64,000 bases of DNA from Asterias rubens (lineage: Eukaryota). Within the stretch, counting starts at the first letter, position 1. Every line of letters begins with the position of its first letter. Both the position numbers and the translations under genes were made by a program. This document shows, in pieces, positions 26,470 to 39,241 of the stretch. The stretch spans positions 124,001 to 188,000 of the forward strand of contig NW_022985698.1 of NCBI RefSeq assembly GCF_902459465.1. Direction: 5' to 3'. The notes beneath the pieces were generated by a model. The model worked only from the letters and a program-made list of their open reading frames with translations. It was not told the origin of the DNA and made no database searches.

Positions 26470-27990
26470 AGATTTACAGCAAAAGTCACTCCCCTTGTTT
26501 TCGTTTTCGTTGGGCTGCCTCTTCAGTGGTTTCGTGTGTTTCAAGGGAACGTATCAAAATACGATACCAAGAATGTCTTAAACTGAAGACTTTTATTATA
26601 CTTATAATATGGAAGTAAAAGCCCCACGTTCGGGCAGCCCGCCAACCCACACTAAAACCCCCTTATAGAAACCGGGCCTTATATGTATTGTTTCGTCAAA
26701 CGCTTGTCGTTCAAATGATTCACTTAAATATCAATCAATCAATCATAAATAAATAAATTGTAAAGCGCCTACTAAATCAAAGGTTCAAATTATGGTTATT
26801 GAAACATATTTGGAACACTTTTCAATGATTGTTTTCAAATACAAATATGGCACCATGCTTTCCAATTGCGCGTTATTGATCTAAAGTCAATCAAGATATA
26901 CAAACCGTCCGATGACACGGATTCATCAAAACTCTTGCTAACTGTTTTGCTTTGAACTTACCAGAATTTTAAAGAATACAACACCTTACCTCACTCTTGC
27001 TGACCCACTGTAATTCCACAACTCGGCAAGTAAACCCCAATCAAAATCACTAGGTAGAAATGTTCACAACCATTGCGCACAGTGCTCGGACAACGCACGC
27101 ACAACATTCTCTGACGTCTGCCGTGCGTGCAGCAACTCTTTCAGAAAACCCTATAGTCTCATAAATTATGCATGAAGTATAACACTTAAAGATGATAAAT
27201 TTTACATTTTGTCTGTGGATGCACTTCCTTCCTGGGACAAAGTACTTTCATTTCTATAGTTTTAATCTCATATGTACAACTGTCAAAAGGTTTACCGCTG
27301 TGAATATATAATGTTCTCTTCATTTGGGTTATGCTGCATAATGTAGGAATATTGATTGGGAAAGCGATCATACTGAACAGTTTGTTCTCTCTGGACTGTA
27401 GTAGCTTGTGAGCTGTATTATGGAGGATTCCTATATGCAAAAGCTGAATGGGAGAATTAAAGTTGGCAGGCGAAACGAAGTGAAACTGTTTGAGAAGAGT
27501 TTATCTAAAGGACGCCATCTAAAGCCTTATTTACTCCACGAATCAAAAGAGTCACTTAATATTCCAGACAACCCACCTTCCATGCTATAAACGCTTGATT
27601 GAATTCGACATACCTCCCTGAGGTATAATAAGCAAGGATATACCCAAGATCCAACATATCCTGAACACACCTTAATCACAGATTGTTATCAATTTGTTAA
27701 AATCGCCATCACCCACCCGACAGATCCATACAAAGAAACTAGATAAAGAGTTAAGCCTTATAGTAACAACAAGGCAGGGGTAAATTACTTTAAGGAAGGA
27801 TGACAGGTTGTAATGGGGACAATGAGCAACACGCTGTGAATGGAAGGTTTTTACAAGATTACTGACTTAAGGAGTAAAGTGTTTGACGAAGGAACCTTCT
27901 TCCAAAAAAATATGACAAAAAGATATCCCGGAGGAGGTAACTGAGACTGTTCACATCAGGGTTATAGCAGATTGATCACTCCTTGCTTCC

Positions 27991-28474
27991 TTAAAGGCAC
28001 TGGCCACTATTGTTAATTATTCAAAATTATTGTTTGCATAAAAACTTACTTGGTAGTTATAGCAATGGAGAGCTGTTGATAGTATTAAACATTGTGAGAA
28101 ACGGATCCATCTGAAGTAACGTAGTTTGTGAGAAAGGGGTAATTTCTCGCTCAAATATTAAATTTATTGTAATTTTATAAAAATTAACTGTAAACTTGAT
28201 GTAATTTTATAAATCTTTTTTATCTTCTGCAATTTTGGAGGTTTTGAGGAAATAAACAAACAGAAGTCTCAAGGCCTGAAGCCTCTTAGTATTAAGAATC
28301 TTAAAGCACACAACTTTGTGCAACAAATTATGTTCTCTTTTTCATTGTTCTCTTGCAACTTCGTGACCAATTGAGTCAAAATTGTCGCAGATCTGGTACT
28401 GTGTGCATATGTTGGGATACACCAAGTGAGAACACTGGTCTTTGACATTTATCAAAGGTGTGCAGTGCCTTTAA
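27991..28474. mobile_element. Family A MITE with an internal AT-rich expansion
   Basis: TTAA|aggcactggccact ... gtgtgcagtgcct|TTAA. Confidence 0.85.
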
Positions 28475-28876
28475 AGATCTACTTCTATTCCATTTCTTCC
28501 TCCATGCTTAAAGCAAGGACTATCAGAAACAACCGCAACACAACCATTTGGTTATTATCCGATTTCTAAAAAAAACAGATTACACAAATAACAACATGCC
28601 GCAAGAAACGATTCCGACTGAAGTGCTTTCACCTTGAAGCAAATAATGAATTTAAATCAACTTCTTGGAAAAAAAGAAAGCAGTGAACGACAACTATTAA
28701 AACAACAAAAACATCGTTGGGAGAGAAGAATGAGCATTGTGATAGTTGTGATTAAATTCTTGTAGACAAAACGTTCCCTCTTCCAAGTGACGATTGAAAG
28801 AGACAGGTGTTTTTCACTGCTCCTTTTCAATGTGATGAGGGTCCACCGTGCAAAGTTTTTACTTTGGAGTCTGACG

Positions 28877-29122
28877 CTGGACATCTTTGGTAAATGTCAA
28901 AGACTCGTATTCCCACTTGGTGTATTCGATGATCCCAACAAGTGCTTAAAATAACAAATCTGTTAAGATTTTTACTCTATTGGTCATCGAATTTGCAAGA
29001 GCATAATGAAGGAGCCGTTTTTCACAATGTTTTATTCTATCAACAGCTCTTCATTGCCCGTTACCAAGTTTGAATGTTAACAATTATTTTGATTAATTAC
29101 TAATAGTGTCCAGTGCCTTTAA
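28877..29122. mobile_element. Family A-related MITE, internally deleted
   Basis: ctggacatctttggtaaatgtcaaagac ... tagtgtccagtgcctTTAA. Confidence 0.7.
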
Positions 29123-30112
29123 GATACAGTAGTCTCATGCATGCAATAATAAGACTAGTAATTCAGCTACATCTTTAATTTGTTAATAACGTAAAAATAC
29201 CTCCATGTCACGAGGGTCATATGCATAATCCACTTAGCACACTTTAGATGAGAATAAACACACTAACCATACACGTGTCCTGCAGCACCACAGCAGACGA
29301 AGCGACATTTTGGCTGTGGTTTATTAAATAATATCCGTAGAATTAGTCTGAATTATACAGTTGCGGATAACTGACCGCGATGTTACCGAGTGTTAATCAA
29401 GATGTACTTTTGCCTACTGGGATGTAGACTTGACTCAAGTCTCAATCCCGTGAGAGTCCTTTGATTTTCAGTCCCATCGCCCACCATCAGAAAACTCCCC
29501 CAACCAATGCCGCAATAGCTTCATTTTGACGGCGGGTTTTCTAGGAACCTCTCGCACCAGATCGGGACTTGAATAAAGTCTAACTAGGATGCCTCTTGGT
29601 TCCTTGTGAGACAGATGCACGGATCTTGAAGCCCATGTAACTCACCGCAAATAAAACCGGTATGGCGGGAGATTCTGTACCCCGGAGATTCTGTCAACTG
29701 TGTAAAAACTACTTCTGATAGCGCCCTCTTTTGAAACATTCTCCTTCAACCAACGTTATAGTTGCCCATAACAGGGACAGAAATTCAGGCGACAGATTTT
29801 ACTTGGACACCGGCTTTCCTGCCTATCGATCACCCGGTATTCCCCTCTTGATTGGTCATCCGTGAAAAAATGCAATGGGGAACTCTTTCAGCTTTTTAAT
29901 ATGCATTTGGTTCACACTGTCATAGCTTTTAGGACAAAATGTGGATGATAACATACATTTCAGGATAATTTGTAAACATTTTATTTACTGTGGAATAGTT
30001 TTTATTATTTGGTTCGTGTCCTGTGGTTTAAAACAATACTCCAATAACTTTCTCTTTTCAAACATCTTCTTTTAGCCATGGTCATTAGCTTATTCAGACC
30101 GTGTGTTCTTTG

Positions 30113-30464
30113 TTAAAGGCAGTGGACACTATTGGTAACTACTCAAAATAATTTTCATCAAAAAACCTTTCTTGATTACGAGTAATGGGGAGAGGTTGAT
30201 AGTATAAAACATTGTGAGAAACAGCTCCCTCTGAAGTGACGTAGTTTACGAGAAAGAAGTAGAGAATTTGAGGTCTCGAAATCAAGCATAAGAGCACACA
30301 ACTTCGCATGACAAGGGTGTTTTTTCTTTCATTTACTATCTCGCAACTTCGACGACCGATTGAGCTAAAATTTTCACAGGTTTGTTATTTTATGCATTAT
30401 GTTGAGATACACCAACTGTGAAGACTAGTCTTTGACAATTACCAATAGTGTCCACTGCCTTTAA
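30113..30464. mobile_element. Family A MITE with perfect terminal inverted repeats
   Basis: TTAA|aggcagtggacactattggtaa ... ttaccaatagtgtccactgcct|TTAA. Confidence 0.92.
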
Positions 30465-31765
30465 ATCTTCCCGAAATACCACCATGGTCCTGTGTACTGT
30501 GTACTCACCTTTAACGGCTGATATTTGCTGTGAATACAATCATGACTTGAGTTCTTTAGGAAAGACACAGTTTGTGCTCGGTGGTTCTGCCCATGTGCCT
30601 TTCTGTGGACACAGGTTCGAGGTGGACCGAAGCCTTGCATGTGGATTCGGGTTTTTTTTCCCTGCGTTGGTTTTCCTAATGGGTTTACCTCTGACGTCTA
30701 AAACTGAAAGATCTTCACTGTCTTCGCCACAAAAAGTTGGTGGGATGGTTCGATAAGGATGCTTTACCGACTATAATCAGATTCGGACTCATGATCATCT
30801 TTACCTACATCATTACAAACTGAACCCAACCCAACCGATGCTTCACGGACGTGTATCACCAACCACTTTATGACACGGAGAAGAAAAAAGAAACACCTAT
30901 AGAGTACATAGCTCCTAAAGCCATTATCTGAAATGTCAACTCGTTTTTATGGTATCTTTCATCACTCGAGTTGCCTTGAATGCCTCTTAACTTTGTACAA
31001 TCATTGGACTGAATTCTACTGAGAGGACTCTCTGTCACTGTAGTGGACGTATGGCACATACTAGATAATGAATGTCCCACATTGATGACTGTTGTTGTGA
31101 TATTGTGATTCTGGTAAATGATAATGGTATGTTTTGTAGTATTGATTTATGGTGTATAATGAGTTTAAAAAACGAGCATCTCTTCAGTGAATTAACAGGT
31201 GTTTCTTTGAAGTATTTTAAAGGCAGAATGATCGAGCATAATATTCTTTCTCATTGCCGATTTTGTTGGCCCTTAGGAAAATTCAGAAAAAAAATTGATT
31301 GAATAGCTTGAAAAGTCTACACCATGTGTACAAACATGCCCGATTGATGGTGGTATGTTAGATAACTAGGGATCAAGGGCCCATCCAACATGCAGACGTT
31401 AAAAAACAAAAATAACTCTCAAAGTTAAACTGGTGACGTCATTGTTATGTCGGCCTGGCTACACATCTTGTTTGCCTTGTCCGGGGAGCACTTTGGAGAG
31501 ATTTTCTCGAAATCCTTTATTCTTCCTGTTGTGTTAAGAGTTGGTTTGTTGGCTCCTAACAAAAGTGCACCATTACATGTTAATACATTGTGACATGATG
31601 CTAGTTTGCTTCAGTGGTTTTGGGACGTTGTTGTGTACAGAGGCATTGATAAGTAGGAAGAAGAATTGTACATATTATTTATCAAAATAAGTAAACATTT
31701 ATTTTCATAAAAATACTGGTCCTCTAGCTTACATTGATACATGATCCTGTAGATTTTGTATTCCG

Positions 31766-32989
31766 TTAAAGGATTTAGGTACTTTTTCAAAATGTCCATA
31801 GATTAACATTAAACTTACAGGGTTTGAAGATAATGATAGTGGAAAGCTTCCCTTCAAATATTACTTACCGAGGTGCTGTAGTTTTTGAGAAATGAGTAAA
31901 ACAGTGTCATGAAAATAAACACATCAACAAAAGTAAGTCCCCCCCCCCTAAACAATTCGCCATAACATCGTAAGGTAAAACATTTTACCAATGCAACTAA
32001 TTAAGAAATAATTCTATGACATGTTTCCTAATTGTTGTGTGAAAATGAAAGATGTCCATGAATTCATGGCTGAATGAGCTCAAATGGAAGAAAAAATTGC
32101 TCTTCTCAAAAGTCACAAAGGTTTATCAAATATACAGGTCAGTAACGCCTGTATCCACCACGCCTGCCAATGACCGCCTGGCACCGTCATGGTGTTGGTC
32201 AGTCTGGTGACATGGTGCCGCTGTGGGATGGCATTCCTCTGAACTTGCAGAAGATTGGACAGGTGAGCCAGGTTGCTGTTGGCGTTGATGTGGGAATATG
32301 CAGATCGCTTCAGCTGGTCCCACAGGGATGGTGTTGAGGTTGGGGGAACTTACCGGCCACACCATTCGCTCGATGCCTTCACCAGCCAGCAAAGCAGTAG
32401 CTACCCTGAACCTGAACCCCACACCATGACACTCCCACCACCATAGGCTGTAACTGGTTGAAGACAGCACTCTGCATGTTGCTCTCCAACTCGACACCCA
32501 TCTCAACACCCGTCTCCGACCGTCAATGTGACTTAGGCAACTTCTCGTCTCATCGCGATCGGTGAACAACGCAATCTTTGTGACTTTTGAGAATGGCAGT
32601 TTTTGTCTTCCATTTGAGCTCATTCAGCCATGAATTCATGGACATCTTTCATTTTCATACACCATATAGGAAACATGTCATAGAATTATTTCTTAATTTG
32701 TTGTATTGGTAAAATGTTTTGCCTTACGATGTTATGACAAATTGTTTAGGGGGGGGGACTTACTTTTGTTGATGTGTTTACGTTTGTAAATGATTAAAAT
32801 AATTTTCGTCCCATGAGACGAAAATTATTTTTATGACATTGTTTTACTCATTTCCCAAAAACTACAGCACCTCAGCACGTAATATTTTCAGGGAAGCTGT
32901 CTACTATCATTATCTTCAAACTGTGTAAGTTTAGTGTAAATCTGTGGACATTGTGTTTTTTGTCCTACAAAAGTTACATAGACCCTTAA
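31766..32989. mobile_element. TTAA-flanked foldback MITE (host), interrupted by a Tc1 element
   Basis: Left arm 31766-31917 and right arm 32779-32989 are mutually inverted (gaggtgctgtagtttttgagaaatgagtaaaaca / tgttttactcatttcccaaaaactacagcacctc). Confidence 0.75.
31918..32778 (-). mobile_element. Internally deleted Tc1/mariner-like DNA transposon
   Basis: TA target duplication (31916-17 and 32779-80); ~200 bp TIRs starting aacacatcaacaaaagtaagtccccc; transposase remnants LFTD, DGRRRV, GIERMVWPVSSPNLNTI (cf. WPxxSPDLNPIE) and frameshifted LWDQLKR. Confidence 0.88.
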
Positions 32990-33002
32990 AAAAAAAAGCT
33001 GT

Positions 33003-33190
33003 TAGACAATAAAGGTCTAGTTGGTAAGACACTGTCTAGAATTGCAAAGGTTGGGTTCGAGTCCCACCCGAGTAATATGCCTGGGTTTCATTTAGAGAGA
33101 ACTATACAGTGCTTACACACCGGTGTAGGCCTATATTGGGTAAAACCAATACTAATATTCTTCATCCCCATGCAAATTTCCATCAATTAA
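33003..33190 (+). mobile_element. tRNA-derived SINE
   Basis: ggtctagttggtaagacac A-box, gggttcgagtcccacc B-box, family body gagtaatatgcctg. Confidence 0.75.
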
Positions 33191-33346
33191 ATAAAATGTA
33201 TTACAAAATAGGGAGACCGCCAATACAGGGCAACATAGCTCAGTTTTGGGGCGCTGGCACGTTATGCCTAAGATCGTTCGGTTCAAAGCCCAATTTGTCT
33301 TCGTTCAACCCCACATCTCAATAACTGTTCTTCCAATCTGATTGCG

Positions 33347-33717
33347 TTAAAGCCATTGAACACTTTCGGTAAACAGTATTGTCCAAGTCCCACACTTCAT
33401 GTATCACAACTTATATATAAAATAACAAACCTGTGAAAATTTAGGCTCAATCGGTCATCGGAGTCGGGAGGAAATAACGGAAAAACCCACCCTTGGTTTC
33501 CGCACGTTTCGCCGTGTCATGACATGTGTTTAAAATAAATCCGTAATCCTCCCTATCGAGAATTGATATTGTTTTAATGTTTTCTCAAAAAGTAAAGCAT
33601 TTCATGGAATAATATTTCAAGAGAAGTCTTTCACCATTACCTTCTGTAAACCCTGTAAATTATTTGTAAATCTGTGAACTTTTTTTTTTCTGTACCGAAA
33701 GTGTCCAATGGCTTTAA
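33347..33717. mobile_element. TTAA MITE, family C
   Basis: TTAA|agccattgaacactttcggt ... accgaaagtgtccaatggct|TTAA. Confidence 0.88.
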
Positions 33718-34130
33718 TGTAAAAACTTCACCACAATTCTAGAAAATACATTTTGGAAAGTAACCCAAATGTTAAGTTTCCACGATACCAGCCACAACTT
33801 GTTGCTAATGCATACGTTTAGAATACTCCTCTCTAAAGAGTAACTGGAGACATGACCTCTTTTGACCTCATCAATGGGTACCAATGTAATTACAGCGAAC
33901 TCCTATGAATCAGTATGAGGTTGAGCGAGGTCGCAGTTATACACCGGTTAGAGTTTTCCTAAGGCCTTTTCCGAATTGGTGCCTACAGCTACGTGACTTC
34001 GGCTAGATTTCCACTAGTATAGGAGGTCCAATAACAACACCCTTGGAAACAGTCGTAGCTGTGTAGCCAAACTGTGGCTTTGCGTTATTTTCAATTAAAA
34101 CTAATTCTGTGACGTCACGCTATTGATGAA

Positions 34131-34275
34131 AGTGTAGATTATTTTTTACGAATCTACACAGAACTATAGATTCGTTGCGAATCTACTCTTAACTATAGAT
34201 TTGTTACGAATGTATACTTAGTGTAGATTTGTTACGAATCTACACCTAACTGTAGATTTGTTACGAATCTACACT
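34131..34275. repeat. Minisatellite of five ~29 bp palindromic units
   Basis: Consensus tgtagatttgttacgaatctaca repeated head to tail. Confidence 0.85.
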
Positions 34276-37199
34276 TTAAACGTCGACATGGCTTCGGGAA
34301 GCACGTTTGTTATAACAACATTAACGCAGTAGAGTGTTTAACTTCAAAATAACATAAATAATACGTACCTCACATCACTGCATCTCTTCATCTTATACTT
34401 CTCCTTATAACAAGAACAATGTAAAACCACAGTAGCGCATAGCACAATGAACAATTTATTGTCAAGACGGAAAGTTCTGAAGACGAGCAGAGTATACTGT
34501 TAGAAACGTCGAGACTACATCGGCTCTTTGCAGAGCAATATACATGGTTGTATACACACGGTTGTATCCGCAAGATTACAATTAATTTATGTTCAGTTTC
34601 TTCCTATTTATCCACACCATGCAAAGCACTGTATTTAAGACTGAAACTGCGATAAGACGCATATTCTGATTTAATATTGTCCTTGGTGTGCACTTCTCCA
34701 AACACTGAAAAGGTTTTGGTTATAAAGTAATTGTATTGTATAAATAAATGTTTGACGTTTGGAGCCGACCCTGTCGTGTAGAAGTCATCCATCAACGTCT
34801 TCCTATTGGTACATGTAGACGTTATGTCAATAAATAAAGCCAAAAACAAAGCCAGTGGTGGTCCATTTCCTTCCCAGCACTATGTAAGAGTAATTACTAA
34901 ATTGTATAATAATTTGATGTGCCATCCTTAGTTTGTTTCTTTAAGAGGGATAATAAAAACACCCTTTCAGATTGTCTGAATTGTGTGCGATTTGGGGTTT
35001 CACCACCGACGTACACCCGATCAGCCAGAAACAAAGTCGTGACCCTCCCCCCCCCCATTGAATTACGGCTGATCATTTCTAAACAGCAGAGGGCGTGTGT
35101 GTGTTACTGTGTACTGGCGTTGTGGATTTCCTATACGAGGTCATTACACTTTATACTATGACATTTCTAGACATAAATTAAGTTTCAAAATCTTAAGAGT
35201 CAGTTCAAGTAAATATTTGACAAATTTTTGTTTTTTTGTGCTCAAGGTATAAAAATGACTTTGTTTATAATTTTGTGGGTGGAAGGGCCTTGGGGATCTA
35301 GTAATCAAAATTGCATGTTCAATTCAAAATATTACCCGTTGTCATGGGTACAGCCCATTTTGTTTTTTTGGACATTTTATAACAATTTTGGGTTCTGAAA
35401 AACTCTTTTCAATCTGTAACCATTTTTGGTGGAAACGAACTGGTTACTCTTTGGGGCACAATGGACGAAAACACTTGCAAAGAAAAAAGTACTATTGGTA
35501 AATCCTAGTTAGTTTGAAGTTTCTATCCTCCATGTCAAACGAACTTTTCACTTGCCATTTGATACTTAAAGCACAAATGAGGGCTTCAATATGTTATCAT
35601 GTCATTGATCATCATTTCAGCTCAAGATAACTGTTCAATCGATTTAGTATAGTAAACATTAGCTGATGTGACATTTAAGTTGTCAAGTTATTTGTTGCCA
35701 TAAAGCCTCCTATTACATGAAGGTATAGTCCTTCTCATGACGACACACTTCTATTATTATGTAAAAAAAAAGGCGTTTTATTGTGTATTTACCAGGTTAA
35801 GATTCAATCAGCAGTGAATGAATTTATATGAATGAAATAAAACAGCAATTTTTACTTTCAATCTTCATAAACTTGTTGTGGTTGACTGTGTGCACAATAA
35901 CTACGAAAACATAACTGTTTGTCCTGTTTATTTACCTCAGACCAAGGACCACCTTCTGTCATGCCCGATAGTGGGCCAGTTTTACTTCCCTGATGATGAT
36001 CTGATGTAGAGATCTTCACCCATCAGCTTAAGAACATGCCCGAAGGGGATGAGAAAAGTGTAGCTGACACGAAGGAAGAAGAAGAAGGTGATAATAATTG
36101 CGATTTTTCTATTACTGTGCATGTCATATAAGTCTATAGACTTGCTTTCAAGTCTAAGGCAGTAGTTATTGTGTCTGTATCAGAGTTGCAAAGTGTACTT
36201 TGTCCCTATTATCTTGGTCAACCACACCCCCCTCCCCAACATTATCCACGAGAGGGCGCTAGTTCAGGCAGTACCGTACTGACTATAACGGATAGGCTGA
36301 ACGCAATTTTGGTTTTTTTTGTACATTAAAATTGTCACTGTCGTATTTTTTTTATCTTCCAAATCGATTCAAAAATGGGGATCCTTGTGAAATAAAATCA
36401 GAAACATTTTTGAGGATGGCAATTCAATACTACAAAAAAAATTCAGCCTGAACATTAACTTGACGTCACACTTCGTGTGTTTTGAATTACTTCAGAGATT
36501 GCCTTTGAGCCTGCGTCAAGATCCTGACGGTCACGTGGTACGGATGTATCGTTGATCTCGCATTCATTTCGCAGTCAAATTGTGTGTACATCACGGCTAC
36601 AAATAAAACATCATTATGTGTGTGTAAATGTACTGTGTAACACATGAATATTGTATCCAATGATATTAGTGACTCTGTCAACCATGAAGGTAGAACCAAT
36701 ACCTGACCCCAAAACCTTTAGGATAAAGGACTGGGGACCAGTTTAACTATTACTGTAAACAAAATCACCATCATAGTCTAGACGTGAAAGAACCTACTGT
36801 AGGAGTTTCGCACGGATAAAACATTTTAGGGAACCAAATCAACAAACTCAACGTTCAAACATGGCCTTCGTACCTGGCGTAGTTAAGGTCAGCAGCCCGT
36901 GTCATAGCAATGTGCTCATTTGACAATCAGAAACAGCGCTGGTAATGAAACAAAACTGTCTACGCCTTGAATTGCGTTCAGCAAGTTGACGAAATCAACA
37001 AATGTACAAATTACATCTCACTGCACTCATAATGGAGTGAAGTACATAGGTAATTGAACTTTCCGTGGTGGAAGTTCGATAGTAAGTTTGCGGTAATCAT
37101 GTAATGATGATCTCTACATGCGTTAGGGTATAGTTCTGAAAAGAACCGTTGGTTTCAACTAGACGAAGTATACTCTGATGGTCTTCTGAAGAAAGCATA

Positions 37200-37548
37200 A
37201 TGGAGTCCCTCAGCACCTATTTAAATATCCGGCTTTTGCTGGTATTCGCCTCTACATTTCTTATTGCTGTTTGGTTCTTACGTTGGCGGTCTCTCCACCG
37301 TGGTCTACCACCTTCTCCTTGGTACATCCCACTCATTGGAAGCCCACAGCTGTTCAGCTCCTCTATGCATTTAGACCTGACTGAAACTGGGTATAAGTAC
37401 GGAGGGATGTATACCCTACACGCTGGGTTGATGCCTCTTGTTGTTCTTAGTGATCTGCACGTCATCAAGGAAGCTTTGGGGAAACAAGGGGAGTATTTCA
37501 ATGACAGAATGGATCTCCAAAGTGCCAGCAAGATACTTAAACTAGAAG
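37200..37548 (+). CDS. Cytochrome P450 clan 2, gene 1, exon 1 of 4 (join 37200-37548, 38215-38843, 40092-40419, 41855-42030; 493 aa)
   Basis: N-terminal TM anchor, PPSPWYIPLIG proline hinge, G|GTATTC donor in phase 1. Confidence 0.93.
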
Positions 37549-38014
37549 GTATTCAAATATTCTTGGTTGATAGTTGTTTTATAGTGAGTTTTTATAGCAA
37601 GGGTCCCTTAATAATATTGTAGCAAGGGTTTACATTTGTTTAATGTACCTCGTGTAAAAAGACAACAATTTGTGTTATGTCAAAGGAACAAATCTTAGCC
37701 TATAATGTTATGATACATCCCTTTTTAAATGCATGATGGTATTGATCTTCACAGTTTTTCGAACTGGAAATCTGCTTTCAAGGCTAGTCATGTGTTTAAT
37801 AAAAACTCAAACGAATAGCCATGATATCAATACTACTGAATGTTCGGGTTTGGATATTGATCTTTTTTTTTTCACTTAAAACCATAGTTATTTAAAACTT
37901 TACTTTTTGTATCTTAGGCCTGTCACTATTTATATGACAATGGATCAGTAAATGTGAACTGCTCAATAATAAATAAATAAATAATTGTGAAAAAAACCTT
38001 GCATGCATTATAAT

Positions 38015-38175
38015 ATCGTGGGTTCGTATCCAACCCGAGTAATATGCCTGTGATTTTGTTTTTTTACAAACTCGGGAAAGGAGTATTCGGTGCTTTAATA
38101 CACCAATACTCATAGCGTGTTTGGGTAAAACCAAAATGAATTTTCCTTATCCCTGATGCAAATTTAACATCTTTT
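38015..38175 (+). mobile_element. tRNA-derived SINE in CYP gene 1 intron 1
   Basis: gtgggttcgtatccaacccgagtaatatgcctgtgattttg, same family as 33003. Confidence 0.7.
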
Positions 38176-38214
38176 GAAGACATATTTTTGTGCATTTTAT
38201 TTTGATCCAAACAG

Positions 38215-38843
38215 GTAGTATACTGTTTTCCAGCGGACGGCAGTGGTCTGCACGCCGCCGTGTTGCTCTCATGTCACTGCGTAACTTCGGCATGGGCAAA
38301 CGTAGTCTGGAATCATCTATCAATGAGGAAGCAAGGTATCTATGTGATGCTTTGGGCGACCACGAAGGGAAAAATGTTGATCCATTACATCTGATTAACA
38401 ATGCTGTATCTAATATCATATGTAGTATCAGCTATGGGCAGCGTTATGACTACAACGACCCTGCATTCAAACATCTCTTAGCCAATATGGAAGTCATCTT
38501 TAGAGCTTCAGTTATGAGTCTTGTCGTTTGGGGATTCCCACTTATGTCATACTTCAATCACTTCAAGAGATTAAACACGGCCTTGGAGAACCTGGCTGAT
38601 TTCAGCAAGAAGATGGTGGAAGCACACCGTGTGACCTTCGACCCCGACAACATCCGTGACGTCATTGATGCCTTTATACTTGAGGGCGGGAAGCACAAGG
38701 AGGATGATTTGAAGGAGGTGTTTCGGGATGATCTGATCTGGCGAGCGATTCATGATATGTTTGCAGCGGGGACAGATACGACCACTAATACTATGCTGTG
38801 GCTTATTATTTTGATGATGGAGTTCCCGCATGTACAAGCTAAG
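38215..38843 (+). CDS. CYP gene 1, exon 2
   Basis: WSARR (WxxxR), LRNFGMGKRSLE, I-helix FAAGTDTT; acAG acceptor, AAG|GTAATG donor. Confidence 0.95.
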
Positions 38844-38856
38844 GTAATGTACATCT

Positions 38857-39241
38857 TTAAAGGCAGTGGACACGATTGGTATTAACTCAAAATAATTATT
38901 AGCATAAAACATTTCTTGGTAACGAGGAATGGGTAGAGGTTGATAGTAAAAACAAATTGTGAGAAACGGCTCCCTCTGAAGTAATGTAGTTTTCGAGAAG
39001 GAAGTAATTTTCCACGAATTTGATATCGATAGCAGATTTAGAATTTGAGGTCTCGAAATCAAGCATCTGAAAGCACACAACTTCGTGTGACAAGGGTGTT
39101 TTTTCTTTCATTATTATTACGCAACTTCGACGACTGATTGAGCTGAAATTTTCACAGGTTTGTTATTGTATGCATATGTTGAGATGCACCAACTGTGAAG
39201 GCTAGTCTTTGACAATTACCAATAGTGTCCAGTGTCTTTAA
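38857..39241. mobile_element. Family A MITE 13 nt inside CYP gene 1 intron 2
   Basis: TTAA|aggcagtggacac ... gtgtccagtgtct|TTAA. Confidence 0.9.

Noticed and set aside
27400-27950. Possible decayed retroelement coding sequence (a GDFN-like word on the - strand)
   Set aside because: All frames are interrupted and no second motif supports it; would need a TBLASTN/Dfam hit.
33230-33310. tRNA-like sequence (gggcaacatagctcagtt...ggttcaaagccc)
   Set aside because: The stems do not close into a cloverleaf; best read as a degenerate tRNA-derived SINE head.
34131-34275. Palindromic ~29 bp repeats as a CRISPR array
   Set aside because: Units are contiguous with only ~6 nt between palindromes; there are no spacers.
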